Source of the DNA: Octopus vulgaris | Taxonomy: Eukaryota | Assembly (NCBI GenBank): GCA_951406725.2 | Contig: OX597825.1 | Coordinates: 76,012,001 to 76,076,000, forward strand | Length of the DNA stretch: 64,000 nt | Direction of reading: 5' to 3' | Position numbers and translations under genes: made by a program | The notes under the pieces: generated by a model | Seen by the model: only the letters and a program-made list of their open reading frames with translations | What the model was told of the DNA's origin: nothing | Database searches by the model: none | Part shown: positions 53,995 through 64,000 of the stretch, one piece after another | Numbering within the stretch: the stretch's first letter is position 1 | Layout of the letters: each line of letters begins with the position of its first letter

Positions 53995-54699
53995 TCATCA
54001 TCATCGTTTAACGTCCATTTTCCTTACTAGCATGGGTTGGATGGTTCAACTGGGGTCTAGGAAGCCAGGATGCTGCCCCAGGCTCCAGTCTGATCTGGCA
54101 GTGTTTCTACAGCTAGATGCCCTTCCTAACACCAACCACTCCGTGAGTGTAGTGGGTGCTTTCTATGTGCCACTGGGATGGACGCTAGTCAAGGCAGGGC
54201 TGGCATCAGCCATGTTCAGATGGTATTTTTTACATGCCACCGACATGGGTATCACAGCTGCAATTTCCATATGATTTTTATTTGATGTTGATGTACTTGA
54301 CTCAGTAGGTCTCCTCAAGCACAACAGGATGTGCTACGATCCAAGGTGAGCACAGCAGACCATTCTGCGAGCCATAAACTCACTTCATTTGTTGGGTCTT
54401 CACAGTCACAGCATATCTCCAGAGGTCTCGGTCTTTTGCTATTGCCTCTGAAAGGCCCAACGTTTGAAGGTCATGCTTGATCACATCATCTCATGTCTTC
54501 CTAGGTCTCCCTCAACCCCGGATTCCTTCAACTGTTTGGGAGTGGCTCTTCTTCACACATCTCTCCTCATCCATCCGTAGTACATGACCATACCAACACA
54601 AAGGTCTCTCTTGCATGCCACATCTGATGCTTCTTATGTCCAACATTTCTGTCAGGGCGCTTACACTCTGTCGTGTGTGCACACTGATATTACACATTC
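53994..54699 (-). mobile_element. RTE LINE 3' fragment (shorter ones at about 11943-12105 and 61531-61727)
   Basis: LCWYGHVLRMDEE; same 3' UTR and tail as the other RTE copies. Confidence 0.88.
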
Positions 54700-56559
54700 A
54701 GGCATGTTAAAATTGTTGCCCCTACTGGAGGTGTTAGCAGCATTGTAAGCATAAGCATTATGGTCATCGTATGATGTAGATTCATGTGGTGTAGCAAAAG
54801 TATGGATATTCCAATGTTAGGTAAGGAGGGAGTCAGCTGAAACTGGTTGCGTTTGTCCGAATAGAGGGGGATTGCAGGTAACCACCAGTGAGGAAGGGTT
54901 CAGGCAGAGAGAGAGGAAACAAGCTTATTCCTATATATACACAAGCACACCCACACACAGGAACAAGCACACATGGACAGCCGAATAGCTTTCTCCTTCA
55001 CTTCATAAGGCCAAGGAAATTCCTGGGTGTTTGTTGGCATGTTTCTATACAGAATGAAAATGGAACAAAAGATAGCCGGTTAAGTAGGTGGGCAGATAAC
55101 CTGGTTGCACTTGTCCCAGTAGAGAGATAGAGAAAGAGAGGGAGAAGAGGTAGAGAGACGGAGAGAGATAGAGAGACCACAAGTAATATAGGGAACAGCA
55201 CGAGTGAGGAGGGGGAATTGAGAGAAGAAATAACTGGTAGGGGTGGTGACAAAATCTTGACAGAACGAATGCAAGATAGCACCAGTGGGGAGGGGGGAAT
55301 TGGGAGAAGAGATAACTGGAAGGGGTGGTGACAAATTTCTAGACAATGAAATGTAAGACAGTCAGTGAAGTGGGTGGGTGGATGAGCAGCTGGACAGGTT
55401 GCATTTGTCCTAGGAGAGAGAGAGAGGTGAAGGTAATATAAGAACAGCCCAGTGAAGAGGAGGGTGGAAGAATCGGCACAGGTAATGTTGGTGGGAGAAG
55501 GGATATCCGGTGTAGATCGTGGGAAAATAGAGATATCCGGTATTGGTGGTGGGGATGGGAAAGGGCGGCCGCACTGCAAACTAGTGAGGTTTTGTTTGGG
55601 GACAGAAGGATGAAAATATGGTAGTAAGAAAGAGATAGAATTAAAATTATATTTGAGGGGACATTTTCAATGGTTAGCTCATGAAAACAAGCTGTTAGTA
55701 AATAATACATTTAGGTGTTAATGGCGAATGAATACAGAAACAGTAAAAAAATTAGAAAGAATCTTAGCTTAGCTCCTTGACATCGTTTGGTGAAGGAATG
55801 GAATGAGACGACATGAGACAGGAGTTTTTAAACAGATAAGCTGCAACCGGAAGCGAGTTTGGGGACAGAAGGACAAAAATATGGTAATAAGAGAGAGAGA
55901 GATAGAAACGAGGAGAAATGAGCAAAGTTTTGTTTGGGGACAGAAGGATGAAAATATAGTAGTAAGAAAGAGATAGAATTAAAATTATATTTTGAGGGGA
56001 CATGTGTGTGTGTGTGTGTGTGTGTGAGAAATGAATTAAGGTAAGATCAATAAGAAATTATTCCAGTGAGAGACAAATATTATTTAATATACACAGTATA
56101 ACGATAAGAGGTGCTAATAGTCTTGTGAAGACACATGTCTAGGTCGGTTTTTATAAAGTACCTGCAAGCAATCACCTTTTATAAGGTACCTGCAAGCAGA
56201 CACCTTTTTATAAGGTGTCTGCAAGCAATCTTCGGGCTCTAAGCTCAAGATTATTTTTCTGCTTATATTCACTAATCCACTTCTTGCAGCAACGTTCTCA
56301 TTTTTATTCTTGTGATTTACCATGCACCAGCACCCTAATTTTTAAATGAAACAGACTATGTGCCCAAAGCCCAAAAATTGCTTGAAGACACAAAGCATGT
56401 TTTCATAATGGGCCTTGTGTCTTCAAGCAACCTTTAGTAGCTCCCATCTTTATACTGTGTACATTGAATGATGTATATAATTGGATGAAAACATTACTCC
56501 CCCTTAATCTCTTGATCTCTGCCACTTCTAGCCATATGCACGTGCATACACACATTTGT

Positions 56560-57040
56560 ATGTATGAATGAGCACCTTGTTTCCCTGGGCATGGATTCAC
56601 TGAAGCTCCGGCGTCTGGCAATGGACTTAGTAAAAACCCACAAAGTTATCAACCACCTCACCAACAACAACACTGAACACCTTTTTGATCTCCATGTGTC
56701 CAACACACGTGGACATGCCTACAAAGTCAGAAAACAGCACAGCTCCCATGACTTTCGGAAACATTTTTTCACGCTCAGAGTTGCTGAAGCATGGAACAAA
56801 CTGCCTGCGTCAGTTGTTGACTGCCATGACACTGCATCCTTTAAGGCCCTCATGCTTTCCGAAATCCGCCGAAACTACACCTGATTGTCCCCCTTCCATA
56901 CTCAAACACATATGTGTATGTCATGACTCATGCACTGTTCTTTTCCTGACGCTTGTACATTACCTTATGTACTATACATACACTTTAGATGAGTTGTAGT
57001 GCACCTGAGCACTGTACACAATGTTTTATTATTATTTTTA
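56560..57040 (+). mobile_element. CR1-clade LINE 3' end
   Basis: SLKLRRLAMDL...TRGHAYKV...FRKHFFTLRVAEAWNKLP...SFK; short 3' UTR with (ATT)n-like tail. Confidence 0.9.
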
Positions 57041-57058
57041 TTATATATATTAGCATAA

Positions 57059-57100
<42 letters not shown>

Positions 57101-57711
57101 ATGCATGCATATGTATATATGTATGCATGTATGTATGTCTCCATTTAATAGGGTTAGGGTTATTCAGAATTAGCCTTCAAACTATGATAATGACGCCATA
57201 ATCTGGAAATGTATCGATATATCGCTGAAAACATTTAGATTATCCTTTAATAAAATTAAAAATTAAAAATCAAAATCATTTAATTTATTCCTTCCTTCTT
57301 AATTACAGTAACTGTTAAAAAATAAATGTAAAACAAAATGGAGTGTTCATACATTGATGTGTACAAAGACGGGTACATGTATGATGGGTACCTCAGTTTT
57401 TCTACCAGATCCATTCATCAAGTTTTGGGCAACCCAGGGTTAAAACAGATGATACTTGCCCATGCTACACAGAGTAGAAGTGAACTCAAAAGCAAACTTC
57501 TTAAATGAATGGTCATGCCCGTATGTTTTACACACACACACACACACACTGGTAATGTTCTATTTGCTATCTATGAAGAAAACATACATACATACAGATA
57601 AATACAAGCATAACTATACACATACACACACACATACACACACACATACTCACATGCAAACACAAAAAGGCAATAAAATGAGAGTAAAGAGTAATAATAT
57701 AAGAGTTTTAC

Positions 57712-57775
57712 CTGGCAATGAGTACGATGATGATGATGATCGAGATTAATATGATGACCGCAAGAAGGCCTATAA
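57712..57775 (-). CDS. Transmembrane exon of the receptor gene
   Basis: Acceptor ttgttttcttccacag|, donor CCAG|gtaaaa. 64 nt: (V)IGLLAVIILISIIIIIVLIA(R), a run of about 21 hydrophobic residues; ends in phase 2, matching the next exon. Confidence 0.8.
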
Positions 57776-60700
57776 CTGTGGAAGAAAACAATAAGATGCT
57801 CAGTCAAGCAATACTTTATGTATACTTAAGTGGCAGCTAATATACCTAATGTAATAAGGAAGAATAAATTTGTCATCATTCAAAATTACGAAAGTAATTT
57901 AGAAAATATTAATTAGCTGTGGCGATAATTGCTGTCAAAATCAAGAGAGACAATTCCAAGATGGAAATCAATAAAAAATTGAATGGAGACATAGTACTAG
58001 ATATGTTTTGCTCTTATTAAACCTCTTCAGTAAAATATACTGGTATTCATTCTTATCAAACCCCACACTCTCCCTACTGCATAATTCCAATAGTTTGAAT
58101 GTTGAAGGTGTCACTCCTCTTTTTAACAAGGATTATCATTAATACTAAGGATTTTTCTTTTCATCATGAGTGTAATTTTAATTCTTAACTTCCGGTACTA
58201 TGATCCAACACCACAAGGAAACCTTGTTTATGTTTATTTGTAGGGCAGTTGAGCCCTGTCTAATGTAAGGAGGAAAAGCTCTAATCCTTTCTATCATTCA
58301 GTTTTATTTAGTCACATAATTATTACAAGACTGGGCTTTTGTCTTTGAAAATTTTCACTATGATTTTAAGAGTTAATTAAATATTTTGGGGTGGGGGAGT
58401 TAATGAGTTAAATTTGTTAACCTCATTTTACTCCCTGTCTTTCATTCAGCTGCGGTCTTTAAACTGCTAAATACCAGCTTAATAATGGCAAGTTTATTTT
58501 CAAAGTTAATTAAAACTACTGTAGAGTATTTGAATAGAAATATGGTAACAAAAAGGGTTGAACTCATACAAAAAATTCACTCCCAGTTATAAAATCATGT
58601 TTGAGGAGAATTAACTGGCATCCATAACTAACAAACCATGACAGAACATGACCCATGTTTTCAATACATGACATTGAGTGGGTATCATTTAAGTGACACT
58701 CAGATAATAAATACAGAATTTCTCACTTCTAAATTCACTCAGAGGCACTTGATCTTTAGCCCCAGGATAGTGAAGACAACATTTATCCAAGGTAACATGT
58801 AGAGGGACTGAACTTGAAAACATACAGTTTCGGAATGAAAAGATTATAAAGAAAAATAATAAGACGATGTATAAAGAAAAATAATTACCTATTTTCAAGA
58901 TGAGGTTTGATTTATTAGAATGTATTTTCTCATGTTTCCCTTCATTCACTAAAAAGCAAAGAATAAATTTTAATTAAAAATTAACAAAAATATCTCTGAA
59001 ATACACAAACATTATTATTGATCTGAGAAGTCCAATCCAGTTTTTTGTAGGGATTGTTAATCTCAGTCATCAATGCCATCAATTTGGAGGAATCATTCAG
59101 TCAGGAAGAAATTCTTGGACAGAAGAAATAGCTGATGACAACATCAAATGATGAACAGATAGCTAATATCATCATCATCATCATCATCATCATTATTTTG
59201 ATGTCCACATTATTGTTGAAGCAGATCTTCTAAGGCCAGATAACCTTTCTCTTATCAACACACACACATTGGTGTCTGTTCGTCTGTCTGTCTGTCTGGC
59301 TGTCTGTCTATCTATCTATCTATCTCAATACTTGTGTGTATGCGTGTGTATGTGTGCATGTATAATATTATTATATTGTTGATTGGGAAGAACAAGCTGG
59401 TCTGTTTCAGGGGACTTTTGTGCTAGGAATTACCATGAATAATTTCCAGAAATCCCTGGCCTGGCAGTGTTACTGAGGAGCATTGCCATTTCAAGGTATG
59501 TGCTGTTAGACAGGACTGTCTGAGTTGTGTGCAGATTGACAAAGCCATACTGTATGCACTCATGTGTAGTTTGAGTACTGCTGACTTGTGAAGTAATGTT
59601 GAGCAGCTGTTTATCATGTGTAGGAAAGATCTGATAATCAGCTGAGTCCATCACGAAGACAGCCTCACTACCTGCCTTAAACAAAACAGAGCAAGCAATA
59701 TTTCTCTGTCTAGAGGCTATGGCAAATAAGTTTGTGTGATGGATGAAGTTCAAAGGGCCAAGGAAAGACACCGTCCTCTTCAGTCAAGCCTTCATCAACT
59801 TTTTCAAGTTCCACTTGGAAAGGAAAGCAAGGGTAGAGAGGGGAGTGCCATCTCCCAGTGAATTTGTGAAAAGATGAGTGACTGTGGAAATAATGGAAGT
59901 GAGGCACGGGCATGGCTGTGTGGTTAGGGAGCTTGCTTCCTAGCTACATGGTTCCGGGTTCAGTCCCACTGCGTGGCACTTTGGGTAGGTGTCTTCCACT
60001 ATAGCCCCGAGCCGACCGGAGCTTTGTGATTGAATTCGGTAGGTGGAAGTTACTGCCGTGTGTGTAAGTGTGCGTATAGCTGCTCAGTGCCTCTCCGAAA
60101 GAGAGAGAGAATGACCCTACTCTGAGCATGTGTCTGCAGATTGAAGAACAACAGTTGGCCAAGAGCAATTTCCTTTATCCAGATTGAGACTGGGCACCTG
60201 ACACTTAGAAGGATGTTAGATGCTGACAGTCCTTTACCAGTTGGGCAATGTGATAGGTGGATGTTCCCCTTTAGCAATATATAGAGGATTAGTAGTGGGG
60301 AAATGCAACAATGTCATTGAGGAAGCCCTCGATGTTGATGAAAGCAAACTGGTTAGTTTGTTTTGAGGGACTTTCTGATCAGGGACTACTATGAATAATT
60401 TCCATAAGTCCTTGGCTTGGGAGTGCTACTGGGGTGGTTATGAGTTTGAGATAAACACTGCAGGCATGGACGTGCTTTTCTGACGTGTGTGCAGAACAAC
60501 TAAACTGTTCAGTACAGGGAGGTGCTGTCCTCAAGTAAATTTATTGAAAGGGGTGGGGAAGTTGTGAAAATGATGAGGGTGCTCAAGGAATTGGAGACAG
60601 CACTTTCCCTAGTTGTTCAGGGAGATCTTGGACAGTGGAGTTTCTTGCTTCTCCATAGAGGTCCTCCTGAATCAGGAAGCACACATCACTTTCAACTTTT

Positions 60701-61252
60701 AATTTTTCTTCTTTTCTTTAACTGTTGTGTATTATGTACACTTCACTTCTTTGTTTTATTGTATACTGTGCATACTTTCCTCCCCATTGTTTTTAATCAT
60801 TTCATTATATGTAAACCTCTATACTTTAACTCTGTTCTTGTATTGCCCCCTCATCCTTCACTCTGGTGGCGAAAAAAGGAAACCGTCGCCGCCGTCGTCG
60901 TCATCATCATCATTATTATCATTATTAAGTGAGAGAGCAATGCATGCCACCAAAGTGATATTGGGGTACAAATATACAAAGCTCAGTACACCCATCTTAA
61001 CTACTTTTTTGATAAGAGTACACCAGGCACATGCATCACAACCATATGTGCATAATATGGGGATCTCATATCAAGATTAACAGTGTATGACCTTGCGGGT
61101 GGAGCCCAGTTAGAATTTTCTTCAAGATGAGTAGCCCATTCCACTCAAAAGGTCTCTTAATATGGTTTACTTAAGGATGATGAACAAAACATTCGTGTTT
61201 CCAGTTAAAATGCTGAAGGATTAAATTAAACAATTTCAGATACACCATATAC

Positions 61253-61352
61253 CTTTTGTTATTGGGATAAATTCTGGCATCAAGTTATCCTGAGTTTTGC
61301 TTCCTCCATTTGTTTTGAATTTATACTCTGTGAAATTGTTGATCAAACTTAT
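61253..61352 (-). CDS. Juxtamembrane extracellular exon of the receptor gene
   Basis: Acceptor tctatcatttcag|, donor AAAG|gtatat. 100 nt: ISLINNFTEYKFKTNGGSKTQDNLMPEFIPITK with an NFT sequon. Phase 0 to 1 fits both flanking exons. Confidence 0.55.
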
Positions 61353-61391
61353 CTGAAATGATAGATTTGAAATTTCATTAATATAACCCAC

Positions 61392-61479
61392 CTGATTGAA
61401 CACTGATTATGATTTGCTTCAGTTCATTGTCAAGGTGTTGATGTTGTTTGTCCTTGCATTCTCTATTGGTGTCAACATT
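61392..61479 (-). CDS. Candidate alternative exon of the receptor gene
   Basis: Acceptor tgtcttccctacag|, donor TCAG|gtgggt. 88 nt, open in phase 0: NVDTNRECKDKQHQHLDNELKQIIISVQS; ends in phase 1. Confidence 0.4.
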
Positions 61480-62449
61480 CTGTAGGGAAGACACTTCAAA
61501 TATTTTCCATCCCTCCAAATCAATCAATCAATCATCGTTTAACGTCTGCTTTCCATGCTAGCATGGGTTGGATGGTTCAACTGGGGTCTAGGAAGCCAGA
61601 AGGCTGCACCAGGCCAGTCTGATCTAGCAGTGTTTCTACAGCTGGATGCCCTTCCTAACGCCAACCACTCCGTGAGTGTAGTGGGTGCTTTTTATGTGCC
61701 ACCGACACAGGTGCCAGACGAGGCTGGTGAAAGGTCTAATCAATAAATCAATAAATTAATCAATCAATCAAACAACCAATAATATTTATATTACAAAAGT
61801 TTGATAAATAGATTCCACTGATTGACTTTTCTCCTAACCAGATGTTACTGTCAATGGGTTATTAACATTTTTCTTTTTAATTAAAAGAGTGAATATGTGG
61901 ATTTAGTACGGAGGCTCAGTAGAACAGTCAACAATTTACTTTGCTCTCATTGCTTTCAGCTGTAAGATGTATCATATGGGGTACCTATATGCACTGTAGT
62001 GGAATAGACCAGAAAGAAGTGAGCAACGTTGGAGATGAATTTATTCATGTGAGGGAGGGGTTTAGTTGATTACACTGACACAAAGATCATCATCATGATC
62101 ATCATGATCATCATCATACCCACTACCACCACCACCACCAGAGATCAGGGATGGTAAGTAGATGGGGAGGATGAAAGGAATAAGGCGGGGAACAGAGAAG
62201 AGATGGGTTAGTTATAAGGTTGAGAAAAAAGGAGGATCAGAATTGAAAAGAGAATGAGTTTAGTGGGGGACAGGTCTAGGGCTATCCATCATTATAAGTA
62301 TGTTTTAGAAAAGAATGAGAATTAAACTTGGTTCCACTGAGAGTGTGGACCCAACCATTTTGAAGTATCAAATGCATTCTCATAAAACATGCAGCCTGCC
62401 TCCCTATCATCTTTAGATATTTTAAAATAGAATAAAAATATAATTTTAC

Positions 62450-62676
62450 TTCACTGATCCTCAGAGATTTATCAAAGAAATTGAATCTTAGGCTTGTGAT
62501 TTCACTGTCTTCATATGTCTTCAGATTAAAATATCTAACATAGTAATCTCCATATATAGCTAGATGTTTCCAAAACAACTTTCTAGTGGTAGAAGATAAC
62601 CTGTCTTGATTTATTTCTACGGTGAAATTTCGTTCATGTTCTTCAGGAGAAATAACTTTCAACTGCCAATCTTTAC
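62450..62676 (-). CDS. Internal coding exon (extracellular region) of a putative single-pass membrane receptor
   Basis: Acceptor tttatatttcag|GT AAA GAT TGG, donor GAA|gtaaaa. 227 nt, open: (G)KDWQLKVISPEEHERNFTVEINQD...FFDKSLRISE, with an N-glycosylation sequon NFT. Phase 1 to phase 0. Confidence 0.7.
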
Positions 62677-62712
62677 CTGAAATATAAATTCAGAAAATAT
62701 GTCTTTTAGTGT

Positions 62713-62748
<36 letters not shown>

Positions 62749-62853
62749 ATATGCACACATAAATACATATACATTTTAATCTGTAAGACCCTTAAGTGAT
62801 GCATTTATATCGTTCACCTAAAGTACTCATAATTTGTTACATCATTTTGGATT

Positions 62854-63770
62854 TGTGGAAGTAATGATGTGGAAGTGTGGTAAGAAGTGGAGATGTGGCA
62901 GTATGGTAAGAAGTGCAGCATGGTAAGAAGTAATGATGTAGCCGTGTGGTAAGAAGAAATGATGTGGGAGAGTATTAAGTAATAATGATATGCCAGTGTG
63001 GTAACAAGCAATGATGTGGTAATGGGGTGAGAAGTGATGAGGTAGCAGTGTAGTAAAAGTAATAATGTGGCAGTGTGGTAAGTAGTAATGATGTGGCAGT
63101 GTGATAAGAAGAAATGATGTAGGAGTGTGGTAAGAATTCACGATGTGGTTGTGTAGTAAGAAGTACAGATGTTGCGGTGTGGTAAGAAGTAACGATATAC
63201 AGTGTGTGAAGAAATAATGATGTAGCATTGTGTTAAGAATTCACGATGTGGTAGTGAGGTAAGAATGATATGGAGGTGTGGTAAGAAGTAAGAAGTGCAG
63301 ATGTGGCAGTGTAATAAAAGTAATGATGTGTGAATTGGTAATAATTAACGATGTGGTAGTTTGGTAACAAGTGATAATTTGGGAATGCGGTAAGAAGTAA
63401 TGATGTGGCAGTGTGACAAGAATTAATGGTGATACAGTGTGGTAAGAATACTGGTGTGACAGTGTGGTAAGAAGTAATGATGTAACAGTATTGTAAGAAG
63501 TAAAGATGTGGTAATGTGGTAGTGAAGTAAGTAGTAATAATTATGCGGCCGTCTGGTACGAAGTAATGATTTACTAGTTTTGCAAGAATTAATGATGTGT
63601 GAATGTGTTAAGTAGTATTGATGTAGCAGTGTGGTATGAAGTACAGATCTGGTAGTGTGGTAAGAAGTAATGACATATTAATGTGCTAAGAAGTAATGAT
63701 GTGGCTGTGTGGTAATAATTAATAATGTAGCAGTGTGGTAAGGAGTAATGATGTGGCAGTGTTGTAAGAA
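62854..63770 (+). repeat. Degenerate 26-bp tandem array running into a SINE A body
   Basis: Unit approximately gtgtggtaagaagtaatgatgtggca, roughly 35 copies. Confidence 0.88.
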
Positions 63771-64000
63771 GTTTGCTTGCCAACTGCATGGTTTGGGATT
63801 CATTCCCACTGTATGGCACCTTTGCCATGTGTCTTCTACTATCAGGGTGGTCTGAAAAGTTCATAGGCTGTGTATGAAGGAGAGATGCTACAGTTGTGAA
63901 ATCTTGCATGCATTAATTTCAAATCTTCCTATTAATAAAGAAATAGTTTCTTTCCATCGAAACTGACATCTGACTGTTCAAGGAAGACTTCAAACGTAAG

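Noticed and set aside
59390-60680. Overlapping short ORFs at 59.4-60.7 kb as receptor exons
   Set aside because: Two diverged copies of similar sequence with many stops; more consistent with old LINE debris that I could not classify.
62282-62449. 3' part of the 126-aa ORF as coding
   Set aside because: Lies past the GAA|gtaaaa donor and becomes AT-rich, intron-like sequence.

Overview
AT-rich eukaryotic DNA dominated by repeats; the repeat complement (two abundant tRNA-derived SINE families, RTE LINEs with (GAT)n tails, long (TA)n/(TACA)n tracts) looks like an Octopus (coleoid cephalopod) genome. The one convincing host gene is the 3' part of a minus-strand, multi-exon single-pass membrane receptor. 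Its exons are 62676-62450, 61352-61253 (or 61479-61392), a transmembrane exon at 57775-57712, and a terminal exon at 47316-46980 encoding a tail with YENI/LYAMP/LYTQP tyrosine motifs; all junction phases are compatible. Possible decayed paralogous exons lie at about 24-26, 40.8 and 58 kb. The rest is transposon debris: RTE and CR1-like LINEs, a Penelope-like RT relic, short Penelope-type elements with minimal hammerhead-ribozyme motifs, an ORF1-only LINE derivative, a Ty3/Gypsy relic, Tc1/mariner, hAT and Helitron elements, MITEs and satellites. Most ORFs in the supplied track are artefacts of microsatellites or SINEs. All translations and alignments were done by eye, and repeat boundaries are approximate unless a TSD is quoted.
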